Positions 29,575-38,661 of a stretch of 64,000 nucleotides of DNA are shown piece by piece. The position numbers and the translations under genes were made by a program. This DNA comes from a virus. The stretch covers positions 7,238 through 71,237 of the IMG/VR virus record IMGVR_UViG_3300007735_000784; one strand, given 5' to 3'. The notes beneath the pieces are model-generated. The model had not been told where the DNA came from. It did no database searches and worked only from the letters and a program-made list of their open reading frames with translations. Every line of letters begins with the position of its first letter. Within the stretch, counting starts at the first letter, position 1.

Positions 29575-29627
29575 CGGTGTCGGTGGCATTGCACCTAACT
29601 ACTGTATATAAGCAATAAAACTAAAGC

Positions 29628-29855
29628 ATGAAGATAACACTATCAAATATTTATGTACTAAAATGGCAGTTAAAAGACAACCCACAATACAAATGGACCT
29701 TATGCGGTAAATGTATTAACACTAAAACTGGTCGTGAAATAAAAAAGACTATTTGTGGAAGATCCATTGGATACTGCATTAAAGGCAAATTTGTATCAGC
29801 AAATACACTTAGGAAAGAATTAGAAACAATAAAAGAAATAGAATGTCCATTTTAA
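29628..29855 (+). CDS. Small basic protein, NUMOD4-like
   Basis: W.LKDNPQY.....GKCINTKTGREIK. Confidence 0.4.
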   Translation: MKITLSNIYVLKWQLKDNPQYKWTLCGKCINTKTGREIKKTICGRSIGYCIKGKFVSANTLRKELETIKEIECPF

Positions 29856-29865
29856 CTACAACAAT

Positions 29866-30108
29866 ATGACATTACCAGAAGCACTAGATTACGTATTATC
29901 CAATATGGAATACGGGGAAGAAAATTGGCTGAGTAAGGATGATATTAAGGAGCTTGTTCAGCGAGAATTAGGATACAGACCTAGACCAGGACACTTTGAG
30001 GAGGCTTTTATTATTAGCAGGGTTAAGTATGATGTTATATATAAGAATGATAGAGGATGGATTAGGATTAAGAGGAATAAACTTGTCGAAACGCAAACTA
30101 TAGACTAA
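29866..30108 (+). CDS. Hypothetical protein
   Basis: 80-aa ORF. Confidence 0.5.
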   Translation: MTLPEALDYVLSNMEYGEENWLSKDDIKELVQRELGYRPRPGHFEEAFIISRVKYDVIYKNDRGWIRIKRNKLVETQTID

Positions 30109-30512
30109 TGGAAAACATAATTAAGGAACTACAAAATCAGATTGCTGCCCTAAATGAAAGACTAACCGCCTTAGAGAATAAGAATAAGCGGTCATCGACA
30201 AAATTAGAGCCGGCAGAATGGAGAACTAACTTTGGCGTTTATAAAAAAGAACTAGACTTAGCATTTAAAACGCTATCTTTGGATACTAATTTCATAGCAG
30301 AACAAGAAAGGTTTAATCCTAATCTCGATATTAAACTATCAATGGAGAAGGCAGTAGTAAACTTCTGGGGAACGGAAGCCGGATGGAAATATAAGAAGAA
30401 GTCAAAAACCAATGACCTTGATTGGAAGCGCACACTCACAAATGCAATAGACATGAATAAAGTTTATAAGCAGAAAGGTCAATTAAATAACCCTTCAACT
30501 ATGGTGTATTAA
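30108..30512 (+). CDS. Putative replication initiator/helicase-loader-like protein
   Basis: Coupled to the primase; NFWG.EAGW.YKKK......DWK.T C-terminal motif. Confidence 0.4.
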   Translation: MENIIKELQNQIAALNERLTALENKNKRSSTKLEPAEWRTNFGVYKKELDLAFKTLSLDTNFIAEQERFNPNLDIKLSMEKAVVNFWGTEAGWKYKKKSKTNDLDWKRTLTNAIDMNKVYKQKGQLNNPSTMVY

Positions 30513-32311
30513 TGCTAGTTATCAACCTAGAAGATAAGTCCGAGCACGAAATAGAGGTAACGAGGGATGGGGAAAACGCCATGCCTTGCCCTGTATGCTC
30601 CAAAGACCGGAAGAAAGAAAGGATTAAATGCTTCTCTTTTAACTATGCTAAAAAAGCAGGCAGGTGCAATCATTGTGGGATAGTGCTGGTGGAGAAGCGA
30701 GAATACATAGAGCCTGTTAAATATAAGAGGCCGGTATTTAAGCAAGAAGCATCTTACCTATCACAGAATGTTATTTCTTGGTTTGCATCCAGGTCCATAT
30801 CTATTAAAACGCTAAGTTTATTTAAGATTACAGAAGGCAAAGAATGGATGCCACAGGTAGGAGCCGAAAGAAACACTATCCAATTTAATTATTTCAGAAA
30901 CGGGGAATTAATCAATACCAAGTTTAGGGATGGCGAGAAGAATTTTAAATTAGTATCGGAGGCCGAGCTTATTCCTTATAATTTAGATGCAGTCATTAAT
31001 GGTAAGCAGGTAATATGGGTAGAGGGGGAAATGGATTGCTTATCTGTGCATGAATCAGGGCTTCATAATGTAATTAGCGTTCCAAACGGAGCCACAGTAG
31101 GGAAAAACAACCTAACCTACCTTGATAATTGCATAGATTTATTCTCAGAAGATACTGAGCATATCCTAGCCTTTGATAATGACTTAGCCGGTAACGCACT
31201 TAGGGATGAATTTGTAAGAAGGCTTGGGGCCGAGAAATGTAGTAAGGTTACGTTCTTAGATTGCAAAGATGCCAATGAGTGCTTAGTGAAGTACGGAAGG
31301 GATGCTGTTAAAAACGCTATACTTAGCAAGCAGGAGTTTCCGGTAACAGGGATATTTACCGCCAAAGATATTAATGATGACATTGATGACTATTTTTATA
31401 ATGGGCTACCGGAAGGATCAGATATTGGGCTGCCTTATTTTGACGAGTTATTAAAGTTCCACCCAGGTTACATCACTACCATCACCGGTATCCCTTCGCA
31501 TGGTAAGTCAGAGTTCTTGGATTTTATAATGACTAGCTTAAATATAAGGCATAAATGGTCATTTGGCATTTACTCCCCAGAGAACTATCCATTGCAGCTA
31601 CATTTTAGTAAGATAGCGGAGAAGCTATTAGGTAAGTCGTTTAGTGTTATGAACGAAGCCGAACTTGGCGTTGCAAAAAAATACTTCAATGACAACTTCC
31701 ACTTCATCAAGCCGGAGGAGAATAATAAACTAGAGAACATACTAGAGAAAACAAAATACCTTGTAAGGAAGAAAGGCATACGGGCATTTATAATAGATGC
31801 TTGGAATAAGCTAGAACATGATTGGCAAGGATCTGAAACGCAATACATATCTAAGGAGTTAGATAAACTTGCAACCTTCTGTGAAAGAAACGGGGTGCAT
31901 CTATTTTTAGTAGCGCATCCGACCAAGATTAGCAAGGATAAACAGACAGGGCTATATGAAGTGCCTAATTTATATTCAATAAGCGGATCTGCCAATTTTT
32001 TTAATAAGACACATAATGGTATTTCGGTGTATAGGAATTTTACCACTAACCGGACAGAGATATACGTACAGAAGGTAAAGTTTAAGCATTGGGGTAAGCA
32101 TGGGATGGTAGAATTAGAGTGGAACCCTGCTAATGGAAGATACCACAAGTACACACCGGATTCTGTTAATTGGATTACAGGGCAGAGCAGACAAGTAGAG
32201 TTTGTAGAGGAAAACGCCAAAGTTAGCGTTCCAACAGAACGAAAATTAATACCTTTAGCAGAAGCATTAAGTAAAAATATTCCCACAGGGGACGAAGAAC
32301 CACCATTTTAA
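30512..32311 (+). CDS. Bifunctional primase-helicase (T7 gp4/Twinkle type)
   Basis: CPVC Zn finger, TOPRIM VEGEMD/DND.AG/KDANE, Walker A GIPSHGKS, IIDAWN, LVAHP. Confidence 0.9.
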   Translation: MLVINLEDKSEHEIEVTRDGENAMPCPVCSKDRKKERIKCFSFNYAKKAGRCNHCGIVLVEKREYIEPVKYKRPVFKQEASYLSQNVISWFASRSISIKTLSLFKITEGKEWMPQVGAERNTIQFNYFRNGELINTKFRDGEKNFKLVSEAELIPYNLDAVINGKQVIWVEGEMDCLSVHESGLHNVISVPNGATVGKNNLTYLDNCIDLFSEDTEHILAFDNDLAGNALRDEFVRRLGAEKCSKVTFLDCKDANECLVKYGRDAVKNAILSKQEFPVTGIFTAKDINDDIDDYFYNGLPEGSDIGLPYFDELLKFHPGYITTITGIPSHGKSEFLDFIMTSLNIRHKWSFGIYSPENYPLQLHFSKIAEKLLGKSFSVMNEAELGVAKKYFNDNFHFIKPEENNKLENILEKTKYLVRKKGIRAFIIDAWNKLEHDWQGSETQYISKELDKLATFCERNGVHLFLVAHPTKISKDKQTGLYEVPNLYSISGSANFFNKTHNGISVYRNFTTNRTEIYVQKVKFKHWGKHGMVELEWNPANGRYHKYTPDSVNWITGQSRQVEFVEENAKVSVPTERKLIPLAEALSKNIPTGDEEPPF

Positions 32312-32320
32312 AATAGATAT

Positions 32321-32500
32321 ATGGAAGAATTTGTAAAAGAACTTGAAAGATACGTACAGGAAATTAAATTAAGAGCATTACCTGGACAAACAAGGGAGGA
32401 AACGGAGAATTTCGCTAAAAAAGTAGCGGCTGCATTTCCTAATAAAAATATAGTATTAGAATTTAATGATTCTTTACTAACAATAAAATCAGTAAATTAG
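32321..32500 (+). CDS. Hypothetical protein (59 aa)
   Basis: MEEFVKELERY... fills the gap between helicase and GroES-like gene. Confidence 0.45.
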   Translation: MEEFVKELERYVQEIKLRALPGQTREETENFAKKVAAAFPNKNIVLEFNDSLLTIKSVN

Positions 32501-32506
32501 AAACAC

Positions 32507-33259
32507 ATGATAGAATCAATTAAACCAATTAACAACCAAGTCTTAATAAGACTAACCAGAAGGGGAGATGAGATAGAATTATCTAACGGCCACAAACTAC
32601 ACCTTGACACTTCTTATAATGAAGAAGAACACCGGCCAGTAGTAGGAGAGGTAATAGCTGTACCTGCAAAACTTAAATTCGTGGATGGGGATTTATCCTC
32701 AATGCCTTGGAAAACAGAAATGCAGCTACAAAAGGGAGATATTGTAATTATAAGGAGGCCGGCAGTATCAAGCTGCTTTATACAGAACTCAGGAAGAATT
32801 ATAGAACAAGATGGGGAGCAGTACCTATTTATAAAGTATAGCGACATCATTTTGGCAAAACGCCAACTTTCACGAGATACCGAAAACTTCCAAACAGTAG
32901 AAGTGGATGGAAATAAGATGGCAGTGATTATGCTAAACGGATTTATGCTATTGGAGCCTGATGAGGAAGAATACAAAACTTTCCTAGAACTACCAAAATC
33001 AGTAAGGAGATTATCTAAATTAACCGGTACAGTAAGATTTATAGGTATGCCAAACTTGGCGTATCAAAAAATGGTAGATGCCACAAGCCAAGATACCACA
33101 TTACCACCCGACTATTACTTTGACGTACAACCTGGAGATAGGGTAGTATTCCACAAAGCAGCCGATATACCATTGGAGCAGGATCTACACCAATCATTTG
33201 AAGGTAGGGATAAGAAGTATTTTAGATGCCAAAGGCACAAGTTATTAGCGAAACTTTAA
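32507..33259 (+). CDS. Tandem GroES-like co-chaperonin
   Basis: IKPINNQVLIR...GEVIAVP...LQKGDIV and LNGFMLLEP...GTVRFIG...VQPGDRVVF. Confidence 0.6.
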   Translation: MIESIKPINNQVLIRLTRRGDEIELSNGHKLHLDTSYNEEEHRPVVGEVIAVPAKLKFVDGDLSSMPWKTEMQLQKGDIVIIRRPAVSSCFIQNSGRIIEQDGEQYLFIKYSDIILAKRQLSRDTENFQTVEVDGNKMAVIMLNGFMLLEPDEEEYKTFLELPKSVRRLSKLTGTVRFIGMPNLAYQKMVDATSQDTTLPPDYYFDVQPGDRVVFHKAADIPLEQDLHQSFEGRDKKYFRCQRHKLLAKL

Positions 33260-33284
33260 TATCTTTGTGTAGAACACACAATAT

Positions 33285-33950
33285 ATGCTAGAGTATCCAA
33301 AAGAGGAAATGAAGAAGGCCATTCTGGATTTATACGAACTTCCAGAAGAAACAGACCTATTAAAAACGTTTCCAATACTTCAATCAATACAAGGGTTTAA
33401 TTACGACTTTAAAGATTTTAAAGCCCCCAACCAAGTAAGGAATAGCACCATCAGGTACATTAACTATGTTTATTCAGCAGGGCTTACTATTATTAAAGGT
33501 AGGTATCCTGATTATTTGAAACGCAAAGTTGAGTGTGCTAGGTTAGCCGGATTCCACTACGATCAGCATACCGGCAAATTCAACCCGAAGATTGAGGAGA
33601 TATTAAGCTGCAAAAATAAGCAGACAAACCAAATGATTATAGGCTTCTTACGCTATAACTATTCGGATAAATATGCCACGATGCAGATTACAAGGGATAG
33701 ATATTATAGGTCCTTGGCCGCAGACTACGATCAGCCGATGGAGGATTTTGGGGAGGAAAAAAAGAGGATTGTCTTATTGCAGGAGATAGAGAAGATGGAG
33801 CATGAATATTTGCAGGGAGATAAAACAACAGAGCTAACTGTGGCGTTGATACAAAATATCGAAGCCGAAGCATTAGGCTTAAAACCAGAAGATATAGCAT
33901 CAAGACTAAGAGAAGGCCGTTCACCAATAGACTTTGATCCCTATTTATGA
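33285..33950 (+). CDS. Hypothetical protein, candidate terminase small subunit
   Basis: Helical protein overlapping the terL start; own promoter TATCTTTG 33260-33267. Confidence 0.4.
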   Translation: MLEYPKEEMKKAILDLYELPEETDLLKTFPILQSIQGFNYDFKDFKAPNQVRNSTIRYINYVYSAGLTIIKGRYPDYLKRKVECARLAGFHYDQHTGKFNPKIEEILSCKNKQTNQMIIGFLRYNYSDKYATMQITRDRYYRSLAADYDQPMEDFGEEKKRIVLLQEIEKMEHEYLQGDKTTELTVALIQNIEAEALGLKPEDIASRLREGRSPIDFDPYL

Positions 33951-36361
33951 AGCCCGACACCCACTTCTGGATAAACGACAACGATAAGGACTTAAAGCCT
34001 ATCAAAATAGACATAGCCAAAGTAATAGAGAAGAACTATCTATTTTGGAACCCATCACATGAAGGCCCCATCCCTATATTAGAGCCGGACTTCCATAAAA
34101 TAAAAAACGCCACTAAGAGAAAAGAGGACCAAGTATGGGTGAGGGAAGAATACCCCGAAAAGCTATCTAAACTAGAGAAGCAATACTCAGGAGATCCCAA
34201 AAGGATATGGGATTTCCTAACCAAGAACCAAAAGGAGTACAAGCAAGAAATACGTTTCATAAAAAAACAATGGTACCACAGGCTGTATGGAGAATGGATA
34301 TGGATAGGCGGTAAACCAACCTGGATAAGCCCATACCATTGGATGTTTTTAAATTGGTGGAAAGGAGATTATCAATCTATTGACCGAAAGACTGGCAAGA
34401 GAGTATCAAGGCAATATCCCGATTACAGGGACAGGGATAGAAGAAAGTTCATCTTTATTAATTACGCTTATACCTGCACAGAAACATTTGAGAAAGTAGA
34501 TGACTATGGAGTGGCCATACCTGAGAAAGACGGCACCTATAATATGATAGATGTTAACTACCGGATATGTTTTGGAATTAACTATGCCAAGCATCGAAGG
34601 GATGGAGCCACGCAAAACTGCCTCAGTATATTATATCAGGTAGGATCACAAATAGAGGAGGGTTACAGCAGTATTACAGCCAACACCCCCAACACCCAAA
34701 AGAAACACTTTGACACTAAATTAGTGCCGGCATGGAGAAGGATGCCATTCTTTTTTAAGCCAATACACGAAGGAACAGATAGACCAAAAAGGGCTATTAA
34801 TTTTATTTCAGCAGCTAATAAACAAAAAGATGGTGAGCTATCATTTAATATGGATGGTGAGCTAAATAGCGTTATTGACTTTGCGGAAATGGTGGATAGG
34901 GCTTATTATGACCACGCCAAAATTACCGGAGTATTGTTAGGTGATGAAATGGGTAAGACCCTGGCAATAGATGTTTACGAAGGTTGGAACATAATTAAGC
35001 CTACCATGTCGCAGGGAGGGGAGAGTACAATTAACCCTTATGCCTTAGCATTACACCCATCCACAGTAGAGGAAATGGAAGAAGGGGGAGGATACAATTT
35101 TAAGCTGATATGTGATGCTTCTGATTTCTACCAAAGAAAGAAGAACGGGCAAACGCAGTCGGGGCTATTTAATATGTTTATACCTGCATGGGATGGACTA
35201 GAGAACTTTATAGGTCCGTATGGGGAATCCGTTATTGAAACGCCAACTTTAGAACAACAGAAATTCATAGGCCGGAACTATGGGGCCAAAGAATATATTA
35301 AGCAAACCAAGGCTCAGTTATTAGCAGAGAATAGCCCAAAATCATTAAAAGCATTGGCTCAGTTTAGCCGGATGCACCCCGAATGTTGGGCTGATTGTTG
35401 GAAGATGCAGGGAGGGGATTTAGGCTTTAACCAAGAGAAGCTAGATAAGCGGATGGAAGAATTGAACAGGTTAATGGCAGAACGTAAAGACCCTAGAACA
35501 AGGGGTAATTTTGTATGGGTGGTGGGGCATGAAAAACTATCAGCAGCCCAATACAGACAAAGGAAATTACACCTGCACCATGATCCTAGCCATTACGTTG
35601 AATGGGAAGATAGCGAAGAAGGGCGTTTCCTCATATCAAAAAAACTAACAAGAGGCAATGCTAGTAGAAGGATATGGGATTCTGATATGGAATATTGGAT
35701 GCCGGAAGGAGAGGAGCCTTTTATTGGATGTGCTGACCCCGTTGGCTATCATAATAAGATGCAGTCTAAAATGAGGGAGGATAAGGCTAAAACATCTTAT
35801 GCTGCCTGTGGCGTTTTCTATGATTATGATGAAAGAATAGATGGAGATAAGCCTATAGATGAATGGGCGAGTAATAGGTTTGTATGTAGCTATATGCACA
35901 AAACGCAAGACTTAGATGAGTATTGCGAGGAGTCATTAATGATGTGTATTTATTTTAATGCCTTAATGTTCCCAGAGGGTAACAGGGATGGTATCATTAA
36001 ATATTTCGAGGAAAGAGATCATGGGGGATATTTTAAATATGCCTATGAGATTGAAAATAAGAGTTTCAGAGATAAGCCAGGGTTTGACACCGGATCTGGA
36101 ATAGGATCTAAGAGTAACCTATTTAGCTGCATTAGAGATTATATTGAAATGCACCTATTTAAGGAAGATCACTATGAGTTTATAGAACAATGGAAAAGAA
36201 TTAAGGCCGTAGAGGAAATGACTAAGTATGACTTGTTTACGGTATCGGCAGGGTGCTTATTAGGGCAGCGATTCTCATTTAAGGAGGCCCCTGATTTTGT
36301 GAATGAGGAAAAGAGGAATGGTGATATTAACATTCATCATTGGTTTGGTAATCCCCATTAA
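33947..36361 (+). CDS. terL: Terminase large subunit
   Basis: KHRRDGAT Walker A-like, LLGDEMGK Walker B, GCADP nuclease Asp, upstream of portal. Confidence 0.8.
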   Translation: MKPDTHFWINDNDKDLKPIKIDIAKVIEKNYLFWNPSHEGPIPILEPDFHKIKNATKRKEDQVWVREEYPEKLSKLEKQYSGDPKRIWDFLTKNQKEYKQEIRFIKKQWYHRLYGEWIWIGGKPTWISPYHWMFLNWWKGDYQSIDRKTGKRVSRQYPDYRDRDRRKFIFINYAYTCTETFEKVDDYGVAIPEKDGTYNMIDVNYRICFGINYAKHRRDGATQNCLSILYQVGSQIEEGYSSITANTPNTQKKHFDTKLVPAWRRMPFFFKPIHEGTDRPKRAINFISAANKQKDGELSFNMDGELNSVIDFAEMVDRAYYDHAKITGVLLGDEMGKTLAIDVYEGWNIIKPTMSQGGESTINPYALALHPSTVEEMEEGGGYNFKLICDASDFYQRKKNGQTQSGLFNMFIPAWDGLENFIGPYGESVIETPTLEQQKFIGRNYGAKEYIKQTKAQLLAENSPKSLKALAQFSRMHPECWADCWKMQGGDLGFNQEKLDKRMEELNRLMAERKDPRTRGNFVWVVGHEKLSAAQYRQRKLHLHHDPSHYVEWEDSEEGRFLISKKLTRGNASRRIWDSDMEYWMPEGEEPFIGCADPVGYHNKMQSKMREDKAKTSYAACGVFYDYDERIDGDKPIDEWASNRFVCSYMHKTQDLDEYCEESLMMCIYFNALMFPEGNRDGIIKYFEERDHGGYFKYAYEIENKSFRDKPGFDTGSGIGSKSNLFSCIRDYIEMHLFKEDHYEFIEQWKRIKAVEEMTKYDLFTVSAGCLLGQRFSFKEAPDFVNEEKRNGDINIHHWFGNPH

Positions 36362-36436
36362 GGGATTGTTAAATGGGTAAAGTTTGCGTTTTGTATTAGT
36401 TATTTTAATATATTTGTTAACCGTAAAAAACTCATA

Positions 36437-37444
36437 ATGGCAGGAATAAAACAAACAATCGCAGGAAAATTAGCAGAACAATTATGTAAAGATTTTCCCA
36501 AAAAAGGAACATTAACACTAGCAAAAATACTTTACGGCAAATATCCTGAAGCCTTTAAAAATGTAGAGGCCGCAAGGTCAATGATAAGAGGTTATAGGGG
36601 AGAGTTAAAACGTGGTATTCGTGATAAGTCAAAGGTTACTCCACAATCAACTCCTAAGACCCTTAACCCATTTTCAATGCCAGATAGCCATGTATTCAAA
36701 AAAGAGGCTTTCATATTACCTAAATCAAGCAAGAAAATATTATTATTAAGCGACATACATATTCCATATCACGATATAGAAGCGATTGAAGGGGCTGTTG
36801 AATACGGAATAAAAGAGGGTGTGGATACTATTTATCTAAATGGAGATATACTTGATTTTTTTGGCTGTTCATTCCACGAAAAAGATGCTAGGAAGCGTCC
36901 CAGAATGAGTGAGGAACTAGATATGGGTAGACAATGGCTAGATTGGTTAAGGCACAAGTTTCCTACCCAACAAATTTACTTCATCCCAGGAAACCATGAA
37001 CATAGATTAGAACGGTATTTAATTGTTAAAGCTCCAGAGTTATTAGGCATTGAAGAATTTAATCTAGCCACGCTATTAAGGCTTGGTGAAAAAAGAATCC
37101 ATTGGTTAGAACATAAGAGTAAGGTTTATTTTGGTAAACTATTAGTTGAGCATGGGGATAAAATGAAAGGATCTGGAGGCATTAATCCGGCAAAGACATT
37201 ATTAGACAGATTTAAACGGCCAACAATTTGTGGGCATTTTCACAGAACATCATCTGCAAATGACAAAATATATGATGATAATGGCAATATATTAATGGCT
37301 TGGTCCACAGGATGCCTTTGTGATTTGGAACCAGAATATATGGAGCAAAACAAGCACAATCATGGAGCCGCTATAATTAATATTGAAGAAAACGGCAAGT
37401 TTAGAGTACATAATTTCCCAATTATTAACGGTAAAGTTTATTAA
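36437..37444 (+). CDS. Calcineurin-like metallophosphoesterase
   Basis: SDIHIP, GDILD, GNHE, HGD, GHFH. Confidence 0.85.
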   Translation: MAGIKQTIAGKLAEQLCKDFPKKGTLTLAKILYGKYPEAFKNVEAARSMIRGYRGELKRGIRDKSKVTPQSTPKTLNPFSMPDSHVFKKEAFILPKSSKKILLLSDIHIPYHDIEAIEGAVEYGIKEGVDTIYLNGDILDFFGCSFHEKDARKRPRMSEELDMGRQWLDWLRHKFPTQQIYFIPGNHEHRLERYLIVKAPELLGIEEFNLATLLRLGEKRIHWLEHKSKVYFGKLLVEHGDKMKGSGGINPAKTLLDRFKRPTICGHFHRTSSANDKIYDDNGNILMAWSTGCLCDLEPEYMEQNKHNHGAAIINIEENGKFRVHNFPIINGKVY

Positions 37445-37446
37445 TT

Positions 37447-37686
37447 ATGCAGGTATCTATATCTTGGGATCTGTCAGACGAGAAGGAAGCAGAATCTCAC
37501 CAACACGCATCCAATGGTAGATTGTATTATGATTCGATGTCAGACTTTGCTAAATATTTGTCTGAGTTAGAAGGCGGCACTCTTAATAAGAGCCAAACTG
37601 TACTACTATATAAAATAAGGCATCAGTTTTTTAAGTGTATGGCTGATAATAATTTAGATGTGCAGTTTGAAATACCGGAAGGCTAA
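37447..37686 (+). CDS. Hypothetical protein
   Basis: 79-aa ORF. Confidence 0.5.
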   Translation: MQVSISWDLSDEKEAESHQHASNGRLYYDSMSDFAKYLSELEGGTLNKSQTVLLYKIRHQFFKCMADNNLDVQFEIPEG

Positions 37687-37689
37687 TTA

Positions 37690-37746
37690 TACCTTGTCGG
37701 GTATAGATTGTATTAAATCAGACCATATCGTACCATGTCGGGTATA
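37690..37746. repeat. Pair of 16-bp direct repeats TACCWTGTCGGGTATA
   Basis: 37690-37705 and 37731-37746, one mismatch. Confidence 0.7.
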
Positions 37747-37780
37747 AATATCGCATATCGCAATATAAAAATTGTGTTAG

Positions 37781-37830
37781 AAAAAAAAGACCCCTATGTT
37801 TTGCAAAGGGGATCTTTTTTAATATATTTG
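37781..37830 (+). promoter_or_regulatory. Terminator hairpin overlapping a sigma-A promoter
   Basis: AAAAAAAGACCCCT...AGGGGATCTTTTTT; TTTG 37800-37803, 19-nt spacer, TATATTTG 37823-37830. Confidence 0.6.
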
Positions 37831-37846
37831 TTCCGTCAAGATAAAT

Positions 37847-38512
37847 ATGTCAGCAAATATAAAACATATAATTGAATTAAGAAAGAAAAAACAACTCAAA
37901 TATTGGGTTACTTATCTTAAAATCAAAAAATTCTGTAAGGGTTCTGGATATATTTCAAGAGCAAACACCCGAAAATGCTGTGTTACAAAGTATTCTACAT
38001 TTATTAACCACGTAAACCAAATGATAAAATTAGGGTGGATGAGCAAGTCTAAAAATGGATACAGGCTCACCTCCTACCATAAATTCACCGGATTATTAAG
38101 ATTAACAATAACCGGAGAATCAGTAGATGAATTAATAGCTAATGCTGCATTTTACGCTTGGGAAGATAGTGTAATCAAGCAGATTTGTAAAATAACGGAT
38201 TGTAAGAAAGGTCCAAAACGTAACCTACTCAAATTAAAAAGGCAAGGGATAGGGTTTTGGAATTATTCAGTATCAGTGCGTTGGTTTTCTAATCTAATGG
38301 GTTACAAATCAGCCACAAGTGGCAGTAGAATCGAAAAGCTAATGAAACAGTTTGAACTTATAACCATTCAACACAAGAGTAGATACTTATTTGATTTTAA
38401 CGACAAGGCTGGATGGACAGCACTTAGTCGTTCAGATTTAGGTAATAGATTCTTTATTAAAGGAGATAAGGTTTATGAAAGACTGCAAAATGTGTTAATC
38501 CCTGTATTATAA
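37847..38512 (+). CDS. Basic DNA-binding protein (two probable winged-HTH segments)
   Basis: Very Lys/Arg-rich; STFINHVNQMIKLGWM and SVRWFSNLMGYKSATSGSRIEK. Confidence 0.45.
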   Translation: MSANIKHIIELRKKKQLKYWVTYLKIKKFCKGSGYISRANTRKCCVTKYSTFINHVNQMIKLGWMSKSKNGYRLTSYHKFTGLLRLTITGESVDELIANAAFYAWEDSVIKQICKITDCKKGPKRNLLKLKRQGIGFWNYSVSVRWFSNLMGYKSATSGSRIEKLMKQFELITIQHKSRYLFDFNDKAGWTALSRSDLGNRFFIKGDKVYERLQNVLIPVL

Positions 38513-38661
38513 TTGGCGTTCCAAATTAGTGTACAACCATTAAAGGCTTTATTCATTATAGCTAACGAAAGAGAAAAGAAAACTAAAGAGAGAAGATAAA
38601 AGAGAGGGATAATATACAACTTATTAATTAAATTTAGTATTTTTGAAAAAAATATTTGTAA

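Larger units (their letters stand above)
25008..29599 (+). mobile_element. Integron-like gene-cassette array (nine cassettes, attC-like hairpins)
   Basis: Nine TAAC-(4-5 nt)-arm-loop-arm-(1-2 nt)-GTTA hairpins alternating with cargo segments whose ends are mutually complementary. Confidence 0.8.

Noticed and set aside
25008-29599. CRISPR array
   Set aside because: Elements are not sequence-identical, intervening segments are 0.1-0.95 kb and mostly coding, and there are no cas genes
25008-29599. Canonical complete integron
   Set aside because: No intI in the window; spacer geometry and gene orientation differ from standard attC, so it is called integron-like only
31585-32286. Long antisense ORFs (also 58122-58670, 63330-63905 and many short ones)
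   Set aside because: They shadow well-supported sense genes and have no recognisable motifs
33947-36361. Intein or intron in terminase
   Set aside because: No splice-junction or homing-endonuclease motifs seen; the frame is continuous
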